A stretch of DNA of 64,000 bases. It comes from Octopus vulgaris (lineage: Eukaryota). Below the pieces are notes generated by a model. That model was given only the letters and a program-made list of their open reading frames with translations. It was not told where the DNA came from and ran no database searches. The position numbers and the translations under genes were made by a program. Shown here piece after piece: positions 45,373-58,029 of this stretch; position 1 is the stretch's first letter, and each line of letters starts with the position of its first letter. The stretch is from positions 9,548,001-9,612,000 of the forward strand of contig OX597821.1 of the NCBI GenBank assembly GCA_951406725.2, in the 5' to 3' direction.

Positions 45373-47779
45373 ATGTATATATATATATCTATATGTGTTG
45401 TTTTGTAACTAGGTACTTTTGCAAATAGAGAATGCTCGACATTAGATGTGAAGTGCCAATAATTTCTGTAATAATTAATTTTTAAAAGTCTCATACATCT
45501 GAAAAAAATAACAAAAACATATTTGTTATATTTTTATTTCCAGATTGAATCACGTGCTGGAGAAATGGATGAATGATTTTTTTTCATCCTTGTTATGTAT
45601 CTATCTATTTATCTATTTATCTATCTATTTATCTATTTATTTATTTATTTAAAGTAATGTTTACTGATTTCTTGAATTTCACGAGCACACTTCATTCTCT
45701 CTAGTTCAATTATATTGATTAGTATAGTTGCTTTATAGAATTCTTTCGAACATATATTTCGTATACTAATGGATTCCGTGTTTTCCACAGAATAATTAGT
45801 TTTCAATGAAGTTTGTGTGGTAAATGAATTAATTAGAATATTGTAAGTGCATCGTCATATCGAATCCAGAATGTCAAGATATAGATGAAGAGTACTGAAG
45901 TTGGTCTATATTAAATGCGTGCATATATACTTGTGTGTATGTAAGCGTGTGAATGTTGTGTTCCCTTGTGCCATATTGTTGCCAAGAAATTAATATGCCC
46001 ATTAATTGGTAAATCTTACATTTCCATTTAAAGTAAGGGAACATAATTTTGAACCATTACTACTATTTTCGTTGTTTCTCCAGCACTTCAGAAGGCAAAA
46101 CAAGGAAGCGTTTCCCAACACTCTCTTCCACAAATGACTTGCTGTGCTATACAATAAGAGTACAGAAGGCTAGTCTTTTCCCTTCAGAAACTGTCTCAGA
46201 AACGCCATTCAAGAATACATTGCTAAATCAAAATATAAATATCAACATACACCTCCAACATCTACTGACCGCCAAAGAATTTTACCCGACACGTACCCCG
46301 AAGCCTTCTAACAACTTCTTTATTGCAAAAGTAGAATAAACGAGACAAGGATTTTCACTGATCTGCTTAAAAAGTATTAGAAACTTCAATTTAAGCACTC
46401 ACTTATCAGCCATTTCCCTCGACACACTCAATGCGAATCTGTCCTAAACCAAACTATCACAGTTCGCAGACTTTCGATAAACAAACTCTCTGAGGTACTG
46501 ATACTAGGTAACATTAAACAACACAGTGTGTAATTAAAACTTTGGAAGAGTGTTAATAATCAGATCCCTTTAAAGATTCTTAGTACATGCACAAGGCATC
46601 AACATATCTTCTAGTTTTCGAACATGGAATATTCCATTCACTTAGTTGGATTGTTGAACTGACACTCCGTATGTCTTTCGTCATACCAACTTTAATTTGC
46701 CTCCGTAACCCCCAACTTGATAGCGATCTGAAAATCAGGAAAAGAAAGAAAATCAGAAATCTTCGTAGATTGCTTAGGTCGAAATAAAGGCAGATGCATT
46801 TTTTTTCAATGAACATCAATGAAAAAGTTATACTATCCGATAGTATTGTGTATTTGTGCCAATATGAATCCTGAACCATCTCTATGATGCTCCGGATTTT
46901 GGCTGGACAATATCAGGCCCCTTATACTAAATTACAATATCAGAAGCACTGTATTGATGCATGACGCCACGATTATCTATGTAGACTCACCTACAAATAC
47001 TTAGAAAACAAGAAATAGCATATGAGCTGTAAAAAATCCCAGGAGCACATAAATTATGCTACTTTTTGGTTTTCCTAATATAACACGCCAAGAGTGACGC
47101 AATCTATTGCATATTATCCATATTAACGCATTCCAAAAATCTCTCAACCGCTACTACTCTTTTCTTTGACTATGGCAGGGTACTTTGTAATCATAATCTT
47201 GGTTATACCAAAATAAGAATAACTAAAGACATTATTATGCATTTATATGACAACATGAACTGTACAAACCCGACTGAGTGCAACGCAATACGATTTATTT
47301 CCTCCTGACTGTTTTTTAATTGTGTCTCCTCTGGCACTGAAACAGTTTAGAAAACATCTGTACACATAGTGACCAACGAATGTTCAAAACAATCCAAGAA
47401 TCGTAACGGTAATAGGCATCGGTATACATGAAGGAATAAAATGAAAAGCAAAAGACTGCCTGAAGATAGAGGGTTCTTTTATGTGGAACCACGACCAGCA
47501 ACATCCAATCGATTGCATTAGAATGCTTGGTTTACAAACATGCAAGACAAAATTATCTGTAGATTAGCATGAAAGGTTACATCGACAAAGGACTTCAGTG
47601 GAAGAATGGAGCGTTGAAAATGTCAAATATAGTCCAAACACATTTGGTTTATTCACCAGGAAATATTGAACTCGTGTGTAATCCTAATATGCTCTACGCT
47701 ACCTTTAATCATCTTACTGGTGCTGTCTTATGCGATCCTTGTATTGGTACTAATACGACCTGCAGCTAGAAGTAGCCTA

Positions 47780-48157
47780 TCTTTATATATAAAAGTGTGT
47801 GTCTGTCTCCTACGATTTAGATTTCCTAACTACTCTCACATTTAACCAAAACCGGGTATCTTATAGTTGTGATTTATATCGAGCCCTTCTGGGTATTAGC
47901 GCGCGTCTACGATGAATCTACGATAAAAAAAAAATTACCATCATTTCTTTCCATTTTAATGCCTTTTTTCGCTATTATATAAGGGAAGTAACTCTCTAAA
48001 AATGTCTACGATGAGTCGATGATTTAAAAAAAAAATTACCATCATTTGTTTTCCATTTTTAATGCATTTTTTTGCTATATTTTGGCTATAACTCTCTAAA
48101 AATGCTTATATAGTTATTTCCCTTACAAACCCGAGAAACGCCGGGCGATACTGCTAG
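47780..48157 (+). mobile_element. Non-autonomous Helitron
   Basis: 5' A|TC (TCTTTATATATAAAAG), subterminal hairpin CCCG..CGGG, 3' CTAG|T; internal ~95-bp duplication. Confidence 0.75.
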
Positions 48158-51100
48158 TTACTGATAAAAGTTCAAATGCAATGTAAATCTACTCATTGTA
48201 AAAATAAAACACTACATGTGTCTGCATATGAATATGCGCGTATATTTGCCTTTGCATGTGTGAGTTACAATAATCTGATCGAGATCAGTTTTGCGTTATT
48301 GAAATCTATGTCATATTTATAGTGATAATATTTATGTAGAGGAGAAAAACATTCATAACATATTTAGCTCGGAGACATACACACAAACGCGCGCGTACAA
48401 ACACATTAGCTCACTCACACGCACTGAATGTAAAAAGATTTTCAAAAATAGTGTTTCGCTAATATATTTAAATGTATTTATAAATAAAGACTTAAATCAA
48501 AAATGGACAGTTACTTTGAGTTGGACAAAATTGCATTTGCATTTCATGTGGTAGCCTGAAGTAACATAGTGTGCATAGGTTATCGATCGTCTTCACTGAC
48601 ACGCATTATATTGACTTGTGAACGTAGCATTAACTTCGTGGGATGATTTCCACCCAGTCCAAATTGTATTAAAAACAAGGCAGCTACTCTGAATTTGGTT
48701 GCTTGCAAAAATCGACAACTTTGTGATATTTACTATAAAATGGTATTCTACATTTTGAAATATTATTGTGAGTAAAAAAAAAAAGTTAATTCATGAACAT
48801 ATATGTTTTGAATTTGTCTCTTATTAACGATTGGCTCGACCCCATAACGAAGTCGTTCGTTATTGTACCAATGAGCATATAATTTCGTATTATAGTACAC
48901 GAGCGTACACAGTGGAATTCTACTGATATCTAGTGAGTGGCTGATAAATTATATAACGTGAGGCAAATCACTTCATATTTAGATTCTATGTATAAATTAC
49001 AGCTAAACAACATAAGTTCACTAAAGACTAGGTTATAAAATCCTGGATTATAATTAGTAGCTCTAGCACTATGTCACTTTCTTAAGTAATGGTATATCGC
49101 CTCCGTTTATATAATCACCAAAAATATGTACTACGCATTGAAGTTAAGCATTAATAGGCAACTTTCAAATTTGAGTAACTGATACTAAATAATGAATACT
49201 TCATTTACACATGTCGCTCAGCCATATTTTCGTTTTTACATTAATGGCATGGTCCTCCGTTGGACAGACGAAGATTCTTTAGTGACTTCCTGCATTTATT
49301 TTACATACATATATTCAAATAATTCAGGCTTTCTTCCGACTGCTTCCATCGAGTACTTGTAAAACTTAACCACCATTTTACGTATTAGATAATATCGTTT
49401 TCAATACATTTTATCTTATTTAGAACATATAAAGCCTGAGCAAATACTGTTGATCATTTCTCTTGTTTGTTCATATTCCCATGATCCACCAATCGTTTAT
49501 CATATAATCCCGTAGCATGTTCCTAGTGACGAAATACGTTCAGAACAAACACACATGAAGCCATTAGGTGATGAACAGGAACAACGCGGACAGATATATT
49601 TTTGAGGAGCTCTAACTCTTGTTAGCATTTCTTCGCATACAACTTGAGATAAAGTGTAGCAGTCAAATAAAAGCTATTGTGATGCAGAAGGGAAACTGTC
49701 TGTTGTACACACTAGATTGTGAAATGTTGAAGAGAGCTCTAAGTGGAACTTATGTGTTTGCTGACGTACTCCATTCTACAGTTACGATTTTTACCTTCTT
49801 TTTCTATCACTGTTTTGACTGGCACTCTACTGGTTTCTGTGAAGACACTGCTTTATAAAGTCACCATGTTAACCTATAATAAATGTATTATTATAAACAG
49901 TAACGGCATATCAGTTACCAATGTATGATATGACGTTTCTGAAGAGAGGATTATAACGACTCCGAAATCGCCTTTCATTTTCTTTTATCACCATTTACAT
50001 ATCAACCAAGGCTGTTATGAGAGATATCTACGCGTTAACACTGGCAATATTTACATTCATCTGTCCAAATAGAGCGTTGGATAAAATCTACAGATATTTT
50101 CTTATGTACAATATGACACTGAAACAAAAGTGTTATACCTCCGTTAATATTTGTGACCGTTTACGTGCGTAGCTGTGTGTGTATCTTCTATGATGCATAT
50201 CAACAACATATCTGGACACAAAAAATATTTTCGTTCAAACAAAATCTGGATAAGAACAGTGTTGAAAAAACTATCATCAGTGATATTTTTTCTTTAGTTT
50301 TATAGCGAGTTGTTCATTAAGGAAAATGAAAATTAGCATCATATTTTAATCAACAAGTAAAAGGCCCGATTTTCTTAGTTTATCAGAGGAAAAATTCCGT
50401 AAATAAAATAAACAAATACACAGCGCTACGTTAATTATAGACTATTAATAGACTACATTATTTCTATAAATAAAAAGAATATTGTATTTTGACTACGTTT
50501 TGCAGAAGGATCCAAATTAGAGTAATGCATTATTTATATTATGCTATAAATTGTATGTTTACAAGCGCGAACGTACACCATATTATAAAATAAATAAAAC
50601 GAAAATATGTGTCACAATTGACACAAATTTGTATGGTTATTCAAAATACACAATTATATATATATAATAATTGTTCTAATTTATTTATTCGTATTTATAT
50701 AAACATTATTCCTATTACAAAATACAAAATGACGTAACTTATCAGGGGAAAAATATCTCTGAATACCAAGGCTTATGTGTCTATGAATTAATTGCCTATA
50801 TAAAAATAGCCGGAAATACGTAGTAGTAGCATAAAAGTTTTTGATCACAATATGACATTACATAAAATGATGTATTTATTTATTAAGTATTATTATTATT
50901 ATTATTAATATTATTATTATTATTATTATTTTTGTTGTTGTTGTTGTTGTTGTATAATTAATTAATTAATAATTCAATTTATATATTCTTAACTCTAAAA
51001 TCATTTACTATGATGAAGATAACCTACTTGAAATTTATTATTTACATTTAACTACGAATATAATGATCTATGTTAGAGTCAATATAAATAAATTTATTGG

Positions 51101-51440
51101 TACTTCATACAAAATATTATAAATTAATACACCAAAAATTTTTCAGACATCGTCATTAATTTACTCTTTAAAATCACAAATCTTTAATCAAAATACAAAC
51201 AATTTACAAACTGCCCAATATTTAGTCAAAAATATATTTTCCTCCAGTAATGAATTCAGTTAGATTGAAGAAATTTAAATCGTTCAGTATAATAGTGAGT
51301 GGATAATTTGTACTCTATATAATTGGATTAAGAAATGCTATCTCATTTTATAGTTACGAAGATTTTCCGATATATTCTTTACCTTATTTACCCATTATGT
51401 AATAAATATGTGTACACGGTAAATAGTCACATAAATGCAA

Positions 51441-51507
<67 letters not shown>

Positions 51508-51994
51508 TATATATATACATACATGTATGTATATATATATATATATATACATGTATATATATACATACATGTATGTATATATAAATATATCTATATACAT
51601 ACATGTGCGCATATATGCAAACATATATATATTTATTTATCTATATCTAAAGAACAGAGTGAAAAGGAAGAAAATGGAGTACGTTTCGACAGCTGTTTAA
51701 TGACCATTATTTTTCACACACACGGAATACTTAAACCTAGAATTGGTAGTATACCATAATACTGCCGGCTATCTGGTAATTCTAACAGTGAACGAACACT
51801 ATTTTCTACACTAATACCTTCTTAATGGAATATATATGTATATATAATTCTGAGTACAAGATGCTAAATTACTTGATTTAAATGAGGAAAGTATCTCTAT
51901 AAATGAAAACTCATATATTTTAAAATTTACTACTTACAGAAAAAATATACACAAACATGCATGTTAATAGATATCCACATACATACACACACAC

Positions 51995-52043
<49 letters not shown>

Positions 52044-52047
<4 letters not shown>

Positions 52048-52300
52048 CCAGTGGTTTCGATTCCCAGACCGTGCGTTGTGTGTGTTTATTGAGCGAAAAC
52101 ACCTAAAAGTTCCACGAGGCTCCGGCAGGGGGTGGCGATCCCTGCTGTACTCCTTCACCACTCATTCTCTCACTCTTTCTTCTGTTGACCTACTCGCTTA
52201 GCCAGCGGGGTGGCGTCATTCGAAGAGTAAAACAATGCGAACGCATTGTGACCAGCGATGTGTAGCAACATTTGATGATCTGGTCGGTCACGTGATCCCG
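52044..52300 (+). mobile_element. SINE family C variant
   Basis: TGGCCCAGTGGTTTCGATTCCCAGACC...TTTATTGAGCGAAAACACCTAAA matches the reverse complement of 11400-11480 and 29220-29330, with an internal deletion. Confidence 0.7.
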
Positions 52301-52550
52301 TGATACATACTTACATATATATATATATATATATACTAATATAGATATATAGACATAGTTACATATGCTAATATACACTTACTTATGTACTCATATACGC
52401 ATATTCACATAAACAACATACCTTTATATACAAACAGAAAAATAAATACATCAATTCACCTATATAAATGGATACACCTAGTTATATATATACATATGTA
52501 TGTGCATCCATGCACACACACACACACACAGATATATATATTTATATATA

Positions 52551-52592
<42 letters not shown>

Positions 52593-53822
52593 CATACATA
52601 TACACACATACATATAAAGGTATATACATAAATACGTACATACATAGAAATATACACAATCATACATATACAAAATACATATTGATACATACATATACAT
52701 AGATAAATACATGTACACGCCTTTCATTAATTTCTTCTTACACAGGCGACATATACCAAATTTATACGATCTAACCTGACTAAGTATTTGCCAATTAACT
52801 TTGTACACTTTCATACTCGCCCTTAATTTCCATATAAACTTATTCGAGCTAGTACTGCTAAACCTATCCCTAATTTTAAAATTATACTCATGGTTTGCTA
52901 TTCGTAAAATTCACAAAACAAAATTTGGTGAGTTTGTTAACTTCCCTTGAGTTTTTAATTCCACGTCTAGTTTATTAATTATTCGTAAGTTGGTTCAATA
53001 GTTGCTGAGTTTCATTCCTCGTGAGTTGTGTCAGTCCTCGTCGCCACTGTTATAATCCTTAAAATTTTGGATTGTTATTACGTCCACTTCGGTATACAGC
53101 ATACTTGGTAAAACCAATAAAGTCACGAATATCTCTAACCGTCTACTACGTATTCTGGTACTTCATGTACTTCTCTTTACTTATAGTGACTTAGTTATTC
53201 CATTTGTCCTGTGGGAGGGGTGTACTAATTACCTACAACAATGGCTTTTTTCGTTTCCGTTGAGAGCACGCGATGCTACTAGATCACCTTTCAATATCAA
53301 TTTCTTCATCAGAGGATAATAGATTCTTATTTCATTTTCAAGTATGTGTTATACAAATAAATGAACTGCAGAAAGTTTAGAGTAACAGTGATGCATAATT
53401 TGTTCCGGTGTCGTGACAAAAACTGATTTAACTCTCTTTTATATTATTTCGGCTCATTTATTTAGCATCCTAACTAGACCGGAGATAAGTCAGTTCTTGC
53501 TGATATAATTATAAATCGATTTCTCTATGGAGTGTTTATTTTAAACCACATTTATTTATGTAAATCAATGCCTCGACTTGTAAAAGATAATAGAATTGTA
53601 CTGAAGCTATACCACGTGACGTTATTAAAAGACTCCTTAAATAAGCTTGGATGGGGAAGCAAACGATAAAATTCAATGTTTGGAAGACGAAAATTACTTT
53701 ACCGTTGAAAATTATTTCAAGGAAAAAATGATCTCATGTGTGATCTCTCTCTCTCTCTCCCTCTCTCTCTCTGTCACACACACACAACCATATATATAAA
53801 CACACTCACACGTATATGTATG

Positions 53823-54200
53823 TCTTAATATATATATAAAACTGAGAAAGTGTGTGTGTATGTCTGTGTGTTTCCCTAAAACTTGAGAACTACACAACCA
53901 ATTTCATTCAAATTTTACACATGCCTTACTTAGGGTCCGGGGAGTGTCATCGACAAAACATTTTAACTTTTTGCCTAGGGCGAGCCCACAGCAATATATC
54001 TTCTCCATTACGATTCCCTAAAACTTGAGAACTACACAACCAAATTCATTCAAATTTTACACATGCCTTACTTAGGGTCCATGTAGTTTCATGGGCAAAA
54101 AACATGTTCAACTTCTTGCCTAGAGCCAGCCCATAGCAATATCATATCTTCTCCACTATTTCAATATTACGTGTTAAAAGTGAAACAAAAACATTTCTCT
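53823..54200 (+). mobile_element. Helitron-like 5' end with an internal ~140-bp tandem repeat
   Basis: TCTTAATATATATATAAAA..GTGTGT start resembles 47780; TTCCCTAAAACTTGAGAACTACACAACCA occurs at ~53872 and ~54014. Confidence 0.4.
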
Positions 54201-54683
54201 ATTTTATGTCAGATACTTTCACTTTAACAATAAAAATAATAATAACAATTGAATTATATGTAGTAAGTAATAATTAAAATCAAACTAATGTATAATATAA
54301 TCGTAACATAACAAAAGTAAAAATAGCAATTGGTATAAAATTGCATCAATGACTTGAACTTGAATAAGTGGTTTCACATAAATGGGAATAAATTAAAAAT
54401 AAAATTAGCGTGCAGAAATGGAATAGTCCAGATGGATAATAAAAAAATTAAATTAAAGAAAAGACTATTGTCTATAAAGTATAGAATGTAGAGGAAAAAA
54501 GGTCGCGTTTTTTCGGCTCTGTGTTTTTTGCTCTCTGTGAAATTCGGTAAAAAGAAAAAAGAACAAAAAGTGAATGGTTGTTGGTGTAAAATTTTGAACA
54601 TAGTTAATGAGGTTTCGCGTCTCACTGGTTCTGCGCGTTACACTTTTTCGGTTCGGGAGGCCGTTTCTCGGCCGGAGGCGACT

Positions 54684-56012
54684 ATGAGCCGCCTCCATCA
54701 AGCGGAGGAGATGGAAGGGAGAATTTACTCTGAAATTTCGACGGAAGTATCGACATCTGAGGAGGAGTTGGCGGTGAAAAAGATGGAAGGCACCTACGCA
54801 GGTGTAACGAAGAAGTCAACGGAAAGAGAGATAGACTTGGCTAAGTTGGCGGGCCTCCAGGAATTTGTGAAGGAGGACGAGAACGGTGAAGTTGAGCTGC
54901 TGCATCCAGTAGGGTGCGGAGACTGGTTCCATCGTAGAACCATTAAATATAAAGTATTTATGAATGGAGGTAGAAAGATGGAAGTAATTAACATGGAAGC
55001 AATTGAAGAGGCTCTTAAGCAGACGGGAGAGGAAATTGTGTACATGACGAAAGGATTACAATACGGAACCATAACGGTGCAATTTAAAAGTGAAAAAGCA
55101 GCCAGGAATGTAGCAGCCAAGGTGGTGAGTACAGAAAAGATTTACTTGTTACCCTCGTATCTGAATAGGCGGACAACTAGAATTAGGGTGGAGGGAATAC
55201 CTCCACACCTAGAGGGCGAAGTAATAACGGCTGCGGTTATAAAAGGAAATGAGGATAAGGTGGACATCCTCCACGCCAGTATGAAGTATGAAGGCGTGAG
55301 AGGTGCCACACTGGTTATGAACATTCAAACGGAGACGGATGTTATAGAGAAGATTACGGACAGCATAAAGACTGGAAATATTATTATGAGAGTGTGGGTG
55401 GAGGGTAGGGCGCCCAGGTGCTACAAGTGTGGCCAAAGGGGTCACATAAGAGCCTACTGCCCTCCCCCACCAAAGGAAAAAGAAAAGGAAAGCGTTGAGG
55501 AAGCCTCGGGAGAGGAAGAAAATAAACAGAAACAAACAGAGAAGGAAACGACAGAAGAAGAGGAGATGCAACAAGAGTGGAAAGAAGCGGGAACAAAGAG
55601 AAAAAGAAGGAAAAGGAAAAACTGTGCGAAGCCCCAACCCACCCCGACACCACCCATACCCTTGGAGTCCCATCCTTCCCCTGCAAACAGTAATTCCACC
55701 CACTCCCCGCCTACAAGAAGAATAAAAACAGACACACAGAGCAAAGAAAGTCCCAAGTCCCATTTTTTATTTGTTATACATGGGAGAGACGTACAAAACG
55801 TTAAAAAACTGGTGTTAACCAAGTGGTACGAACACGAAGATTGGAGCTACACGGCTGTGGATGGTGATGATACGGGTATATTGGCGACAAGGTTAGAGGA
55901 AGAGGGTGTGTGTTGGAAGTCAGTGGAAATGAAAGATGAATGGATAGAGAGGGCTAAAAGAAAAACGAATGTTGTGATGGTTAAAAGAGGAATACTAATT
56001 GAAAATGGGTGA
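54684..56012 (+). CDS. L1/Tx1 ORF1 (Gag-like) CCHC zinc-knuckle protein, copy 1 (442 aa)
   Basis: RRM-like blocks (GTITVQFKSE; TRIRVEGIPPHL), VWVEGRAPR-CYKCGQRGHIRAYC = CX2CX4HX4C, acidic tract, basic KRKRRK, Pro-rich linker. Confidence 0.85.
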   Translation: MSRLHQAEEMEGRIYSEISTEVSTSEEELAVKKMEGTYAGVTKKSTEREIDLAKLAGLQEFVKEDENGEVELLHPVGCGDWFHRRTIKYKVFMNGGRKMEVINMEAIEEALKQTGEEIVYMTKGLQYGTITVQFKSEKAARNVAAKVVSTEKIYLLPSYLNRRTTRIRVEGIPPHLEGEVITAAVIKGNEDKVDILHASMKYEGVRGATLVMNIQTETDVIEKITDSIKTGNIIMRVWVEGRAPRCYKCGQRGHIRAYCPPPPKEKEKESVEEASGEEENKQKQTEKETTEEEEMQQEWKEAGTKRKRRKRKNCAKPQPTPTPPIPLESHPSPANSNSTHSPPTRRIKTDTQSKESPKSHFLFVIHGRDVQNVKKLVLTKWYEHEDWSYTAVDGDDTGILATRLEEEGVCWKSVEMKDEWIERAKRKTNVVMVKRGILIENG

Positions 56013-56025
56013 AGAAGGACAGATA

Positions 56026-56059
56026 AGTGATGCTGGCGGATGGGGCCGTCGGTATCGCT
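56026..56059 (+). other. 3' UTR RNA hairpin of the array unit (present in all five complete copies)
   Basis: AGTGATGCTGGCGG-ATGGGG-CCGTCGGTATCGCT, a 14-bp stem with 4 G-U pairs. Confidence 0.65.
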
Positions 56060-56164
56060 CTCATATATCATTTTCATATTCCATTTTGCTCATATATATG
56101 TAATTGTGATGTTCCATGTCCCCATGTCTTGTAATGTCCCCCTCTTCGTTGGCCCCTTGTGGGT

Positions 56165-56170
56165 AATAAA
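56165..56170 (+). terminator. AATAAA polyadenylation signal / element 3' end (repeated in each unit)
   Basis: AATAAAAAA lies ~150 nt after the stop codon, at the unit junction. Confidence 0.55.
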
Positions 56171-56357
56171 AAATCACGCGGTTTTTTCGGCTCTGTGTTT
56201 TTTGCTCTCTGTGAAATTCGGTAAAAAGAAAAAAGAACAAAAAGTGAATGGTTGTTGGTGTAAAATTTTGAACATAGTTAATGCGGTTTCGCGTCTCACT
56301 GGTTCTGCGCGTTACACTTTTTCGGTTCGGGAGGCCGTTTCTCGGCCGGAGGCGACT

Positions 56358-57686
56358 ATGAGCCGCCTCCATCAAGCGGAGGAGATGGAAGGGAGAATTT
56401 ACTCTGAAATTTCGACGGAAGTATCGACATCTGAGGAGGAGTTGGCGGTGAAAAAGATGGAAGGCACCTACGCAGGTGTAACGAAGAAGTCAACGGAAAG
56501 AGAGATAGACTTGGCTAAGTTGGCGGGCCTCCAGGAATTTGTGAAGGAGGACGAGAACGGTGAAGTTGAGCTGCTGCATCCAGTAGGGTGCGGAGACTGG
56601 TTCCATCGTAGAACCATTAAATATAAAGTATTTATGAATGGAGGTAGAAAGATGGAAGTAATTAACATGGAAGCAATTGAAGAGGCTCTTAAGCAGACGG
56701 GAGAGGAAATTGTGTACATGACGAAAGGATTACAATACGGAACCATAACGGTGCAATTTAAAAGTGAAAAAGCAGCCAGGAATGTAGCAGCCAAGGTGGT
56801 GAGTACAGAAAAGATTTACTTGTTACCCTCGTATCTGAATAGGCGGACAACTAGAATTAGGGTGGAGGGAATACCTCCACACCTAGAGGGCGAATTAATA
56901 ACGGCTGCGGTTATAAAAGGAAATGAAGATAAAGTGGACATCCTCCACGCCATTATGAAGTATGAAGGCGTGAGAGGTGCCACACTAGTTATGAACGTTC
57001 AAACGGAGGCGGATGTTATAGAGAAGATTACGGACAGCATAAAGACTGGAAATATTATTATGAGAGTGTGGGTGGAGGGTAGGGCGCCCAGGTGCTACAA
57101 GTGTGGCCAAAGGGGTCACATAAGAGCCTACTGCCCTCCCCCACCAAAGGAAAAAGAAAAGGAAAGCGTTGAGGAAGCCTCGGGAGAGGAAGAAAATAAA
57201 CAGAAACAAACAGAGAAGGAAACGACAGAAGAAGAGGAGATGCAACAAGAGTGGAAAGAAGCGGGAACAAAGAGAAAAAGAAGGAAAAAGAAAAACTGTG
57301 CGAAGCCCCAACCCACCCCGACACCACCCATACCCTTGGAGTCCCATCCTTCCCCTGCAAACAGTAATTCCACCCACTCCCCGCCTACAAGAAGAATAAA
57401 AACAGACACACAGAGCAAAGAAAGTCCCAAGACCCATTTTTTATTTGTTATACATGGGAGAGACGTACAAAACGTTAAAAAACTGGTGTTAACCAAGTGG
57501 TACGAACACGAAGATTGGAGCTACACGGCTGTGGATGGTGATGATACGGGTATATTGGCGACAAGGTTAGAGGAAGAGGGTGTGTGTTGGAAGACAGTGG
57601 AAATGAAAGATGAATGGATAGAGAGGGCTAAAAGAAAAACGAATGTTGTGATGGTTAAAACAGGAATACTAATTGAAAATGGGTGA
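56358..57686 (+). CDS. ORF1/Gag-like zinc-knuckle protein, copy 2
   Basis: Intact 442-aa frame near-identical to copy 1. Confidence 0.85.
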   Translation: MSRLHQAEEMEGRIYSEISTEVSTSEEELAVKKMEGTYAGVTKKSTEREIDLAKLAGLQEFVKEDENGEVELLHPVGCGDWFHRRTIKYKVFMNGGRKMEVINMEAIEEALKQTGEEIVYMTKGLQYGTITVQFKSEKAARNVAAKVVSTEKIYLLPSYLNRRTTRIRVEGIPPHLEGELITAAVIKGNEDKVDILHAIMKYEGVRGATLVMNVQTEADVIEKITDSIKTGNIIMRVWVEGRAPRCYKCGQRGHIRAYCPPPPKEKEKESVEEASGEEENKQKQTEKETTEEEEMQQEWKEAGTKRKRRKKKNCAKPQPTPTPPIPLESHPSPANSNSTHSPPTRRIKTDTQSKESPKTHFLFVIHGRDVQNVKKLVLTKWYEHEDWSYTAVDGDDTGILATRLEEEGVCWKTVEMKDEWIERAKRKTNVVMVKTGILIENG

Positions 57687-58029
57687 AGAAGGACAGATAA
57701 GTGATGCTGGCGGATGGGGCCGTCGGTATCGCTCTCATATATCATTTTCATATTCCATTTTGCTCATATATATGTAATTGTGATGTTCCATGTCCCCATG
57801 TCTTGTAATGTCCCCCTCTTCGTTGGCCCCTTGTGGGTAATAAAAAATCACGTGGTTTTCGGCTCCGTGTTTTTTGCTCTCTGTGAAATTCGGTAAAAAG
57901 AAAAAAGAACAAAAAGTGAATGGTTGTTGGTGTAAAATTTTGAACATAGTTAATGCGGTTTCGCGTCTCACTGGTTCTGCGCGTTACACTTTTTCGGTTC
58001 GGGAGGCCGTTTCTCGGCCGGAGGCGACT

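Noticed and set aside
46300-46760. Strong minus-strand acceptor-like site (TTTTCCTGATTTTCAG near 46728) as another GPCR exon
   Set aside because: Downstream frames show no receptor similarity and hit stops; possibly a decayed DNA transposon, but not supportable
54528-54683. N-terminal extensions of the array ORF (494, 508 and 548 aa versions)
   Set aside because: They rely on TTG/GTG starts or a copy-specific upstream ATG and change with homopolymer indels; the conserved start is GCGACTATG
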